Below are positions 21,163-30,695 of a stretch of 64,000 bases of DNA, in pieces. Source of the DNA: an uncultured Prevotellaceae bacterium. GTDB lineage: Bacteria; Bacteroidota; Bacteroidia; Bacteroidales; Bacteroidaceae. A model generated the notes under the pieces. It had not been told where the DNA came from and did no database searches. It saw only the letters and a list, made by a program, of their open reading frames with translations. Every line of letters begins with the position of its first letter. Within the stretch, counting starts at the first letter, position 1. Both the position numbers and the translations under genes were made by a program. Location: NCBI GenBank assembly GCA_902769805.1, contig CACXQL010000001.1:7526-71525 (forward strand), read 5' to 3'.

Positions 21163-22343
21163 TGAATATTAATTCCTTTTTCTTTCATCAGTACTTCTAG
21201 CCCTATTATTGCCTCCTCTCGTTTCTGCTCTGATCGGAGAGTGTGCAAAATTGTAAGTAGTTGATTTTCATTAAAACACCTATAAATAAAATTATTCTTA
21301 AAATACTTTGGAAAGAATTTCCGTATCATCCTTTGAAACAAAGTAGGACAATTGCATGCTTTTAAATAATGTGATAACCTTTCACGGCAAAAGATTTGAA
21401 ACTGCTGATTAAGATAATTCTCATCCTTAATTCGTTCCGACCGAGTTTCAAAATCTATAAGATTCTGATTATCATCATACCTTACAAAAATCTTTTCATA
21501 ACTTTTGACTAAATGTCGATAGATTTCAGCCTTACCTTTTTCAAAAACAATCTCAATCAACAATGCTTCATCTGTCTGTGTTGGTCTAATGTCTCTAAAC
21601 AGAAAATTACCCTGTCCATACAACAGATATGAACCGTTGTACCACTCTTCGCACCCAATACAATGGGTGTGTTGAGACAAGATCATATCTGCGCCACTAT
21701 CTGCCATTCTATGAAAACGTTTTCTTACCTCTGGCGATGGATAACGAAACTGTTCTATTCCACCATGATAGACAACAACCAAATAGTCGCAATCCTGCTT
21801 TAATTTTTTTATGTCATTGCATACAATATATTCATCATATAACCATGAACCGCCCTTTGTAAGTGTAGGTTTATTGAAAATTCGCTCACATACATTGTAA
21901 ATTATAATTTTCGTATCACACAAATCGTAATAAACCCATTTTTGGATAGAGTCTTCTTTTATGCCAGCACCAATATAGGCGATGTTGGCTTTCTCTAATG
22001 TCTCAATAGTATCTATAAGACCTTTTTGACCTCCATCAGTAATATGGTTGTTTGCTAACATACAGACATCAACGCCTAACCTCTTATATCCTTCAATAAC
22101 TGAGGTAGGCATGGTTAATACCGGACCTATCTTCCTACAGTTTTCAGGCTGATTACTCAATGCTCCTTCTAAATTGCAAATTGTCAAGTCCGCATTAGAA
22201 AATAATTGGCAAAGTTTTTCACCGAAAAGTTGTATAATATTGCCTTCGACAAAATAATCTACATTTGCAGGAATAGGGAAAAGGTCACCTGCAATAATAA
22301 TACGACTTTTGTTTGTCTTTTTTTGACTATTCTTTCCCTGCAT
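21159..22343 (-). CDS. CapA/PGA_cap family protein
   Basis: AGD, NLEG, LANNHITDGG, HGGIE, QHTH, YGQGNF; close paralog of 10803..11981. Confidence 0.88.
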   Translation of the reverse strand: MQGKNSQKKTNKSRIIIAGDLFPIPANVDYFVEGNIIQLFGEKLCQLFSNADLTICNLEGALSNQPENCRKIGPVLTMPTSVIEGYKRLGVDVCMLANNHITDGGQKGLIDTIETLEKANIAYIGAGIKEDSIQKWVYYDLCDTKIIIYNVCERIFNKPTLTKGGSWLYDEYIVCNDIKKLKQDCDYLVVVYHGGIEQFRYPSPEVRKRFHRMADSGADMILSQHTHCIGCEEWYNGSYLLYGQGNFLFRDIRPTQTDEALLIEIVFEKGKAEIYRHLVKSYEKIFVRYDDNQNLIDFETRSERIKDENYLNQQFQIFCRERLSHYLKACNCPTLFQRMIRKFFPKYFKNNFIYRCFNENQLLTILHTLRSEQKREEAIIGLEVLMKEKGINIQ

Positions 22344-22731
22344 TTTTTATATTTCTTAATATTTTTGAAGATATACCTTCGGTTCTAGGAATTATTACAA
22401 CCTTTCTGCCATGGTCGAGACACCATTTTGATGCCCTCTGAAAACCTTCATGATTTTGGTCGGGTCCTTTTGCAAAGATTTCAAAATCTACATACTTGAC
22501 TATCTCGTCCACATCATCGTAGGTAATCACATGATTAACATACTTAATTGAAGATACCATAAACAGACGGGGCTCAATGAAATTAACTATTATTGCGACT
22601 TATATTTTGATGCATTCATCGCTCTGAATTGCAACAATTAGTTCATCGCCTAACTCACATGCATTCTTAAATAGTTTGATGTGACCAATATGAAGCAAAT
22701 CATATACTCCAACTGTAAAAAACCTTTTCAT
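22327..22731 (-). pseudogene. TagD-like cytidylyltransferase with in-frame stop
   Basis: ATG at 22731 gives MKRFFTVGVYDLLHIGH...DECIKI, then TAA at 22602-22600; the same frame continues into ORF 22327..22560 (GPDQ, RTEGISS). Confidence 0.82.
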
Positions 22732-22737
22732 ATTATA

Positions 22738-24192
22738 TTATATTATTTTATTTCGAATCAATAATATTGTATCCTTCGTATAAACAAAAGATTCTGGCTT
22801 AAATAGAAAAGACCATATCAAATAAGATACTATATACACAAATAACTTACACAAACCGTCAATATATAATTGAAACTGGTATAATTGACCTATTCCGTAA
22901 CTAATTAAAGCTATAATTAATGACACTACCATCACAGGTAATATATCAAACAGCTGGTTCCACCACTTATATCCTATATATCTTGAAACTAAACCAATAT
23001 TAACGAAATAAGAAAACCATGTATTAAGAACCATTCCTATCAAAAGGCCATTCATTCCATACAAAAGTAATCCTATTATAACAAACAGTATACCCACAAC
23101 ACGTTTAACAATAGTCCATATAAACATCTTCTGACTTTTCCCAATAGCAGCAATAGATTGATAATTAACTGACTGTAAACAATAAGCGAGTCCTGCAATA
23201 CACAAAACTTGGAAATATGGTACACTACCTAACCATCTATCAGAATATAAAAAAACAAAAATGGGTTTCGCGCAAAGCAAAAGTATAAACATTAATGGAA
23301 AGGTAATGTATGAGAGTACCATGGTGATTTTTTTTATCATATTACCTAAAACTTGTTTATCATCCTGTACCTCAGCATATAGCGGATAGGTCACCTGTGT
23401 CATTACTTGAGACATACTAGTAGATGCAAGTTTTTCTGTATGATAAGCCTTTGTATACAAACCCATTACAGAAGGATTGTAAAATTTACCTATTAACAAT
23501 CCTTGTATCTGTTGACCAAACTGATTTAACAGATGCGTCAAAAACATATAAAAACCAAAACTGAACAACTCTTTGAAGGATTGCCAGGAAAAAGTCAACT
23601 GTGGGCGCCATTTAATATAGAACCAGAATACTAATGCTGGAATTAACGCTGTCAAAATCTGTTGAGTGACTAATGACCATACTCCATAGCCGTGATATGC
23701 CATCACAATAGTGACAACAAGGGATATAATGGAGGTTGTGATCGTTACAATAGACAGTACCTTGAAATTAAGTTTCTTCTGTAACTGGTTACGCTGGACG
23801 ACATTAAAGGCATAGATGAACAGAATAACTCCCTGTACCCGTAGAACATCACATAACAAGGGAATCCTATAGAATCTCGCTATAGCAGGGGCAGAGAAGA
23901 AAAGAATAGCGTATAATAACACTGCCATTCCAAGGTTCCAGAAGAATATCGTGGAATAGTCCTCTTGGGTCGGACGTTTCTTCTGTATCAATGCTGATCC
24001 AAAACCACCATCAATGAAAGACTCTGCCAAGACAACAAAAATCATCAGCATGCCGATACAGCCATAGTCGTATGGGGTGAGCAGACGGGCAAGGATAATA
24101 CCCGAGATGAACTGAATAATCATCGTCGAATATCGTTGCAATGCCGTCCATATCATTCCAGAGACAGCTTTCTGCTTGAGATTCTTTGCCAT
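22738..24192 (-). CDS. wzx: Wzx polysaccharide flippase (WzxC-like)
   Basis: ILARLLTPYDYG, GFGSALIQ, FSFG motifs; many TM segments. Confidence 0.9.
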   Translation of the reverse strand: MAKNLKQKAVSGMIWTALQRYSTMIIQFISGIILARLLTPYDYGCIGMLMIFVVLAESFIDGGFGSALIQKKRPTQEDYSTIFFWNLGMAVLLYAILFFSAPAIARFYRIPLLCDVLRVQGVILFIYAFNVVQRNQLQKKLNFKVLSIVTITTSIISLVVTIVMAYHGYGVWSLVTQQILTALIPALVFWFYIKWRPQLTFSWQSFKELFSFGFYMFLTHLLNQFGQQIQGLLIGKFYNPSVMGLYTKAYHTEKLASTSMSQVMTQVTYPLYAEVQDDKQVLGNMIKKITMVLSYITFPLMFILLLCAKPIFVFLYSDRWLGSVPYFQVLCIAGLAYCLQSVNYQSIAAIGKSQKMFIWTIVKRVVGILFVIIGLLLYGMNGLLIGMVLNTWFSYFVNIGLVSRYIGYKWWNQLFDILPVMVVSLIIALISYGIGQLYQFQLYIDGLCKLFVYIVSYLIWSFLFKPESFVYTKDTILLIRNKII

Positions 24193-24212
24193 GATTTTTT
24201 ATATATACAAGT

Positions 24213-24237
24213 TTCTTTGACCTAAAGGTACAAAGCG
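24213..24237. repeat. 25-bp dispersed motif TTCTTTGACCTAAAGGTACAAAGCG
   Basis: Exact copies at 38593-38617 (direct) and 52094-52118 (inverted). Confidence 0.9.
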
Positions 24238-24298
24238 AGCAAGCTCGAGTCCCGTTTTTACGGTCTTTATCTTATCGGTTATCGTATTACGGTCAACA

Positions 24299-24415
24299 CA
24301 TGGTTCAGGGTTCATGGTGCATGGTGCATGATTAATGGTGCATGACTTTTACCCTTTACCTTATTGTTCATCGTCTAACATTTGGTTCATTGTTCAGGGT
24401 TCATGATTCATGGTT
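24299..24415. repeat. Heptamer array (CATGGTT/CATGGTG family) downstream of the four-helix-bundle gene
   Basis: catggtt cagggtt catggtg catggtg catgatt aatggtg catgact ... cattgtt cagggtt catgatt catggtt. Confidence 0.88.
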
Positions 24416-24832
24416 TTCCAATCCTAACTTAATCCTCATAGTCTTTACAATAGAGGTAAGGATTTTCAAAATCCTAGTGATATCGGTTTCCAATGAATTG
24501 AACTGCTTGTCATCAAGGTAGCCATTATCGTGAAGAAGATTGAGCCAGAAATCTGTCTCGTCTGCTTCTTTATATGCTATTGACATCTTTGATAGGAAGT
24601 CAGCATCGCTTTGAGCGTGCTTGCTCTCCCTAACGTTAGCACCAATTGAAGTTCCACTTCTGTATATCTGCTTTGACTGTACGTATTCTTTATATTCTGC
24701 ATCCTCAGTGAGGTACTGGAAAAGACGAGTAATCCTGCCTGCGAAATCATATGAAAGCTCGTGAATAGAGGCGGTCGCTTTCGCCTCTTCTGACATTAGA
24801 GGCGCCAGACGACCTCGCTTACGCTTATACAT
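24401..24832 (-). CDS. Four helix bundle protein (TIGR02436 / 23S rRNA IVP-like family)
   Basis: KQIYRSGTSIGANVRE, AQSDADFLSKMSIAYKEADETDFWLNLL; start at 24832 or 24796, as the longer ORF only reads through the upstream repeat array. Confidence 0.92.
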   Translation of the reverse strand: MYKRKRGRLAPLMSEEAKATASIHELSYDFAGRITRLFQYLTEDAEYKEYVQSKQIYRSGTSIGANVRESKHAQSDADFLSKMSIAYKEADETDFWLNLLHDNGYLDDKQFNSLETDITRILKILTSIVKTMRIKLGLENHES

Positions 24833-24840
24833 AGCTGGGG

Positions 24841-24920
24841 CATGGTTCAAGGTTAAGGGTTCACGATTCATGGTGAAAGGTGACTTTGGGTTCATAGTGA
24901 AGGGGGCACGGTGAACGGTT
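24841..24920. repeat. Heptamer array (CATGGTT family) upstream of the four-helix-bundle gene
   Basis: catggtt caaggtt aagggtt cacgatt catggtg aaaggtg ... catagtg ... cacggtg aacggtt. Confidence 0.85.
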
Positions 24921-25024
24921 TTCTTACCTTTATAATAAGCTTTCTTTTCCAACTCCTACAAAATTCGATCAAAAATTATACAAAATTATTGTTCAAATTT
25001 CGAACACTGATTAATACATCTTTA

Positions 25025-25055
25025 TGAGGTGCCTGGCGGATTCGAACCGCCGTAG
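25025..25055 (-). other. Orphan tRNA 3' fragment (T-arm plus acceptor 3' strand, probably tRNA-Cys); att-like scar
   Basis: Minus strand CTAC-GGCGG-TTCGAAT-CCGCC-AGGCACC-TCA is a perfect T-arm; the upstream sequence does not form D or anticodon arms. Confidence 0.75.
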
Positions 25056-25307
25056 GTCGTGCTTGCCTTGTACATTCCCATCCATGCCTTCATCTCATCT
25101 ATCGTATGAACATCACCATTAAGAATCTCCTCCTTCAATGGTGCTGTCACTTGACTATCGTCTACTTCCTTCGCACCTCGGCAAATCGAACAAGCTCGTT
25201 TGCACTCGGTTTGGCGTCAGTTCACTGATATTCTTAATTGGCGGCGTTATAAGTGGCATAGTAAAACAACCTATTTATAGCAATTGCGACAAAAGACACC
25301 TATCTCT

Positions 25308-26213
25308 TTACCTTCGAACATCAATAAAGAGTATTGAAATCGCGCCATTATATTCTAGGTTTATCGCATTTCTTTCCTCTTTGATTGGGTCAAAAGCATT
25401 ATCTGAATCTTCATTTATCTCAGACAACAGAGACTGAGGTATATAATCCATACATTCCGATGTCTGCATAAAAATGAAGAAATCTCCATTAGCTCTATCG
25501 GCAGATTGTTGTATCGCTCGTTGGTTATAAACGACACTTCTTGTATGATTAATCAAATTCCAAATCAAGCGAGAACATTCATCTTCGTCCTTCTCAGCTT
25601 CAATTGAGATTGGACGACCTGTATCCCAATGGATGAAATTCCATAAATAGAGTCCAAATGATGCTTCATCATCGAAATATATATCATTTTTGGGTATCGA
25701 TGTTGAAAACATAACCGGTCTATAATATGGTGCATCCTCAATAATCATATATTGCGCCCCAGGTGAGACCATACGGGGACGAATCTTATAGCAGTCATTC
25801 TCATCGAATGTATATCCAAAGGAAAAAAGAGGCCACTTAGTATATAGATCATACTGGATAGGACTCAATACAACATTCTTTTCAGGAGAATTTCTATCAT
25901 CTCTTTTCAATTGAAATAGAGCTGCATTAAAGCGCTCGTTTCCTTGAGACTTGTCCCTACACAGAACCAACAAATCTCCTAGCTCACATCCATGAGGATA
26001 ACCTTGTGCTTTCACGATAGGACGTTGATGGATAAAACAACCACCAAATCTCACATAGGAAAACATAGAAGAATTAATCAGAGATGGGAATATGCTGACA
26101 ATAGCAGACGTATAGCAAGGCTCCGTAAACTTTTTACGGGGCAGAAGTCTCTGCTTAGCCTGGTTTACAGCTCCAATCAGTATATTGTCTGTAAATTCTA
26201 TGATGTCTGACAT
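25308..26213 (-). CDS. Hypothetical protein, possible restriction-endonuclease-like fold
   Basis: 301-aa ORF; ELGDLLV...AALFQLK resembles a PD-(D/E/Q)xK site. Confidence 0.6.
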   Translation of the reverse strand: MSDIIEFTDNILIGAVNQAKQRLLPRKKFTEPCYTSAIVSIFPSLINSSMFSYVRFGGCFIHQRPIVKAQGYPHGCELGDLLVLCRDKSQGNERFNAALFQLKRDDRNSPEKNVVLSPIQYDLYTKWPLFSFGYTFDENDCYKIRPRMVSPGAQYMIIEDAPYYRPVMFSTSIPKNDIYFDDEASFGLYLWNFIHWDTGRPISIEAEKDEDECSRLIWNLINHTRSVVYNQRAIQQSADRANGDFFIFMQTSECMDYIPQSLLSEINEDSDNAFDPIKEERNAINLEYNGAISILFIDVRR

Positions 26214-26273
26214 GTCGAATATAGAAAAATATGATTCTATTACAGCTAAATCTTTAATTATACAGGAGATTAG

Positions 26274-27152
26274 TTAAAGACCATATTGTTCCTTAATACT
26301 CTTAAAATTATATATTATTCCCCAAATATTATAGTTGTGCTCAACAGCATAAATCCCATTAGACAGTCGAACTGCCTCAACATCAAATTTCATGTCATTT
26401 CGGCCAAGGTCACTTTCAATCTTATTCAGTTCTTCTATTAGAATCTTCTCAACGCCTTTCGCTTCATGTGCCTTCCTAACTGCCTCCAAAGCAGCTGCTC
26501 CAGAGCTACCATCTGTCATAAATCCCATACCCATACCAAGATAACCAGTGCCATCTTTAGTCGTAATCATTACATTAACATGAGCTTTACGTAATTGAGC
26601 GATTTCAGTAGAAGAGAATGCCACCTCTGGTTTTCCATCTATCTTAAACGTTGAAATCAATTCCGGCCAGTTCTGATGAGCTATTTCGATAAGATCCAAA
26701 TCACTCCAATGATTATGAGGCTGTATTATAATAAAATGAACTTCATCTTTTGAGACGATTGCATATAATATATCACCTGTTCTGGATATATAGCCATCGG
26801 GCTTTAGTTCTGTTCCAAGATGAAAATGGTGTATATTCCAATCAAAAAGCATCATATCTGGGAACTCTAGAGTTTTCGTAGTTCTACTCAGATGAGGATT
26901 CACATCCTCGCCATTTTCAAACTTATGCACCAACACATCCAAGCCCGCTTTCAAAGGTTCTGGACATGTAAAGCCTTGTGGATAATAAACCTTACGAGGT
27001 CTCTTTTCTACAAGACGCTTACGCATTGTGAAATATGATATGATGAGCTTATAAGGGTCTGTTATAGATGCCGTTGGATAACCAACTTCCTCTATCTCAT
27101 GCCTGAAAATCTTCACCAAATCATCATATATATGAATATTAATCTTTGCCAT
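26274..27152 (-). CDS. Hypothetical protein
   Basis: 292-aa ORF co-oriented with neighbours; DWNIHHFHLG motif. Confidence 0.7.
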   Translation of the reverse strand: MAKINIHIYDDLVKIFRHEIEEVGYPTASITDPYKLIISYFTMRKRLVEKRPRKVYYPQGFTCPEPLKAGLDVLVHKFENGEDVNPHLSRTTKTLEFPDMMLFDWNIHHFHLGTELKPDGYISRTGDILYAIVSKDEVHFIIIQPHNHWSDLDLIEIAHQNWPELISTFKIDGKPEVAFSSTEIAQLRKAHVNVMITTKDGTGYLGMGMGFMTDGSSGAAALEAVRKAHEAKGVEKILIEELNKIESDLGRNDMKFDVEAVRLSNGIYAVEHNYNIWGIIYNFKSIKEQYGL

Positions 27153-27185
27153 ATTTCGTCAATTGAAAAGGAATAATAATTTTTA

Positions 27186-29177
27186 CTACACTTCATAATA
27201 ATTTGACAATTCTTGTTTTACGAGGTTATCAACTACAACCTTTCGTTCTCGATAATCCTCTATTAATCTCCAAGGCTTAACAATAAAACAAGTAATTCCT
27301 GCAGCTACGAGTTCGCCACCTACTGACATCACCACATTCCGCCAACTTTCATCAAAGACTAGCCAAGAGTTCAAGAAATTCAGCAAAATGAGCAAACAGG
27401 GGATGACAAATACACCACTTAAAAGAGCAGCCAGCTTAAACCATAGTTTACTATTATACTTCTTCCTAACGCGATCACGAACCTCTGCTTCCAGAGCCTT
27501 TTCCCCTTTATCGGAACGTTGTCTGTATCTTTCCTTTTCCATGCGTTCGTTTTCCATATTGCGCTTGGTATCTTCTAACTCGTCAACAATTCCTTTTTTC
27601 ACATCCTGCAACTCACGACGGAAGGTGAGGCCTATTTGCTCTTCACTTTCACCTTGCATGCGAAGTGTGGCTATATCAGTGGCAAGCTTTATTATATCTC
27701 TATCATCCAAACGTGTTATTTCTTGCTCCATTTCGCTCATTCGAGTCAAATCCTGTATTTGGAAGGTCTTCTCATCAGGAGATAATCCATGACGAATCAT
27801 CTGGGCAAAAAGAGGAATATAATTTTGAGGGTCTACTTCCGCACCTCCACTATCTAGAGCAAGGACATTTATCAATGTCTCCATCTTGATAGAAAGGGTA
27901 AGGCCCTGTTCTACAGGCCGTTGCTTAGAATAAGCAGATATGGTGCTATCCTGTGACAAAATAAAGGATTTCTTGGTCTTCCTCATTTCTTCAACTCCTG
28001 CTATCAGTCCTACATCATGAATGAGTGAATGAGTAGCTTTCTTTATGGTGTGAATAGTTAGATGAAGCGCACCGAGAGAATCAATTTTCTTTTCGTCAGC
28101 CTGACTCTGCGCAACGCTTTCCAGTACATTATCACTATCTTCTATCTCAATTGCTAACTTCTCATGGAAAGCGGTAGGGACTTGAAGCAGTTCCTCAAAA
28201 AACAACTCATAATCCTCTTCGGTTTCACACTTGCGCTCAATAGCAGTTCGTATATATCGGTCGCCGGTCTGTTTGAGAACTTCATCGCTATATCCTTTGG
28301 ATACCAATCTGATGACATCATTCTTTATATTCTGCATGGTATAAAGGTACTCGTCCCTAGTAATAGGGAGTATCTTTACCATAATGCCAAGACGCTCATA
28401 AACTTTCTCCAAAGAGGATAGAGTCTTATAGTAATTACCTTCCTCAAGTCCTATGTTCATCAGAATATTGGTATCCAGAAGACAAATACTACCTCGGAAA
28501 GTATCAAGCGTAACTGGATTTGCTCCGTGTGTTGAAGATATAAGTTTAGCGGAAAAGGCTGTTGTACCATATTCCCACAACAATTGATTGACATCAGAAT
28601 CGTTGGGGGCTAACAACATCGAAAGGAACTTATCTGGAAGTATGGCCCTATCTCTCTTCTCAACCAACTTGCTATTCTGTGTCCGTCGTTCTATGGCTTT
28701 TAGTAGTCCTTCCTTACTACTACGTATATAGTTCTTATTATAATACAAATCTGACACCCACTCGCTAGAATAGCTGTCAAAGAAAAAAATGAGGACATCA
28801 TCAAGCCACTCCAGTATCTGCTCGGGGGTCGAATAAACTTGACAAAAATATGTAGCAACTACATTTCTTTTTCTATCCTCGCTTGCAGCTCTTGCTTTAT
28901 CTATTCTCTCTATGCGGTTCGTTGAGAGATAATAAAAATCATCTTGAAAACGCACTAGCTTCTTCTCATACAATTCATCCAAAATTGCTCGTACTTCCTC
29001 TTCTGCAATAGAATCGGCCCCAAGTCCTTTCCTGTAATCCTCGTAAAGGTCTACAAACTTGGTGTGCTTCCTGCGCAAGTATAGCAGCTTCAAGATAAAG
29101 TTAGAGTGAGCACTCTTGGTCAGAGTCTGCATCTCTGTATCTCCTTGAAGATAAAACGATTTCAAATAATTCTTCAT
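27186..29177 (-). CDS. Hypothetical protein with PIN-like domain, coiled coil and two C-terminal TM helices
   Basis: 663 aa; CLLDTNILM, IHDVGL and ILSQDS acidic motifs; hydrophobic segments near the C-terminus. Confidence 0.62.
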   Translation of the reverse strand: MKNYLKSFYLQGDTEMQTLTKSAHSNFILKLLYLRRKHTKFVDLYEDYRKGLGADSIAEEEVRAILDELYEKKLVRFQDDFYYLSTNRIERIDKARAASEDRKRNVVATYFCQVYSTPEQILEWLDDVLIFFFDSYSSEWVSDLYYNKNYIRSSKEGLLKAIERRTQNSKLVEKRDRAILPDKFLSMLLAPNDSDVNQLLWEYGTTAFSAKLISSTHGANPVTLDTFRGSICLLDTNILMNIGLEEGNYYKTLSSLEKVYERLGIMVKILPITRDEYLYTMQNIKNDVIRLVSKGYSDEVLKQTGDRYIRTAIERKCETEEDYELFFEELLQVPTAFHEKLAIEIEDSDNVLESVAQSQADEKKIDSLGALHLTIHTIKKATHSLIHDVGLIAGVEEMRKTKKSFILSQDSTISAYSKQRPVEQGLTLSIKMETLINVLALDSGGAEVDPQNYIPLFAQMIRHGLSPDEKTFQIQDLTRMSEMEQEITRLDDRDIIKLATDIATLRMQGESEEQIGLTFRRELQDVKKGIVDELEDTKRNMENERMEKERYRQRSDKGEKALEAEVRDRVRKKYNSKLWFKLAALLSGVFVIPCLLILLNFLNSWLVFDESWRNVVMSVGGELVAAGITCFIVKPWRLIEDYRERKVVVDNLVKQELSNYYEV

Positions 29178-29255
29178 GCTTAAATCTTTTTCTCCTTGCG
29201 AGTATCAGATGTAATGACAAGAACATCTTATAAATAACTAGATACAATACTTCTT

Positions 29256-29540
29256 TTAATATCTTGCTACTTTGTAGTCTGCTTCAACAATGCTGTTCAG
29301 ACTGTCAAGATGTTCATCTTTCAGACTTGCTGAGTTATAAATAGCTTTAATCTTTGCATATTCGGCATCTAATGCATTCTCAGTTACAGCCAACTCCTGC
29401 TGTAACTCTGATGTAGAACCTAGTTCTTCTATCTTCTTACGCACAAATAGCACATTGGCTGATGCCTTAGCATAATCAGCCAGATATTTGCTATAGGGAC
29501 TTGTAAACAATTGATATATCGTGTAAATATGAATATTCAT
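29256..29540 (-). CDS. Hypothetical helical protein
   Basis: 94-aa ORF with 4-bp overlap to the upstream gene. Confidence 0.55.
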   Translation of the reverse strand: MNIHIYTIYQLFTSPYSKYLADYAKASANVLFVRKKIEELGSTSELQQELAVTENALDAEYAKIKAIYNSASLKDEHLDSLNSIVEADYKVARY

Positions 29541-29944
29541 AAACTATTTCTATATATGATTCTGATAGTATAGCTTAATGATCCATCACAAGATTGCTCT
29601 GGATGGTCAGGGGCTTCATTTCCCTGGCATCTCATTGTACCAGACACCTCCGTCTCATGATTACGGATTGCGGAACCAACAACACTGCTTAGTTCATATC
29701 CTATTGATGTACACTCTCTATTCAGACAGTCAATGACAAAATACATCTCACTTTGAGGAGTAAGAGTCCATTTGCCATCTTTTTCATTGTGACCTACAAA
29801 AGAATTATGCTCCCTCAGATAGTTGATTTCAATTATTTCAATTTGAGGATAAGCATCTTCGATGCGCATACCATTATGAAGAAAACTTCGAATACGTTGC
29901 TTCTGCCTCTCATTTTCGGCATCACTCATTATTCTTCTTACCAT
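29537..29944 (-). CDS. Hypothetical protein with four Cys (possible Zn binding)
   Basis: 135 aa; CLNREC and CQG...QSC. Confidence 0.62.
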   Translation of the reverse strand: MVRRIMSDAENERQKQRIRSFLHNGMRIEDAYPQIEIIEINYLREHNSFVGHNEKDGKWTLTPQSEMYFVIDCLNRECTSIGYELSSVVGSAIRNHETEVSGTMRCQGNEAPDHPEQSCDGSLSYTIRIIYRNSL

Positions 29945-29974
29945 AAGTCAAGCTACTATTATCGTCACTAGGGA

Positions 29975-30307
29975 TTAAAGCTTATAGAATCTGGTATCGT
30001 CTTTCCCAATACCCCTATATGGATTATCTCCAAAGGCAACAAATATCTCTCTATTCCAAATCTTCTCCCACAGGATTTTGCTTATCCTGATTCCATCGGC
30101 AATACTGATATCGCTGCTGGAATACTTTGTATGTGGTGCACCTTCTACCTTGTCATTTCGCTTTGCTTCATTAACAACGTAACGGCAAACACCTTTATAG
30201 GAAAACTCGCCATCCGTTTCAGACAAGCACTTATCCACAATACCCAGCAGTTCCTGGTCATCGTAAGTCACAGGCACTGGATTCGGATCAGAAGTATACA
30301 TGTGCAT
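29975..30307 (-). CDS. Hypothetical protein
   Basis: 110-aa ORF, tight operon spacing. Confidence 0.62.
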   Translation of the reverse strand: MHMYTSDPNPVPVTYDDQELLGIVDKCLSETDGEFSYKGVCRYVVNEAKRNDKVEGAPHTKYSSSDISIADGIRISKILWEKIWNREIFVAFGDNPYRGIGKDDTRFYKL

Positions 30308-30321
30308 ATCAGTAAAACATT

Positions 30322-30681
30322 TTAAACGAAAAACTCATCCATTGTCAGTTTAGACCACGACAAGCTTGTCAGTGGTCTCAATGGGGCGAGTTCCTTCAAG
30401 CCCTTCAATGGCTTTAGGGACTTCAGACCTTTCAAAGGTGACAAACTCCTTAGAGGCTTCAAAGGGCCACCAGTGGATTGCTCAGAAAAGAGCAGATACT
30501 TGCCTGAATGGTCAATAATCCATCCATTATGAATAAAGCCTAGATGCTTGCCATCATAATTCCACACGCTTTCGCGGTCTATATATGCGATAGGATTACC
30601 ATCAAAATCATAAATATGACTATCTTCCTCTGTATAACAGAATGGATTTCCATTCTTATCATAATACGTAATACCTCTCAT
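30322..30681 (-). CDS. Beta-hairpin repeat protein (4-fold beta-flower-like)
   Basis: Repeating YD-x-x-G-x-P/H-x-x-Y/F units followed by Pro/Leu/Lys repeats (PLKPL, PLKGL). Confidence 0.7.
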   Translation of the reverse strand: MRGITYYDKNGNPFCYTEEDSHIYDFDGNPIAYIDRESVWNYDGKHLGFIHNGWIIDHSGKYLLFSEQSTGGPLKPLRSLSPLKGLKSLKPLKGLKELAPLRPLTSLSWSKLTMDEFFV

Positions 30682-30695
30682 AGCCTTATCAAGTA

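Noticed and set aside
24401-24832. Diversity-generating retroelement suggested by the Avd-related fold
   Set aside because: No reverse transcriptase motifs and no template/variable repeat pair differing at adenines were seen in the window.
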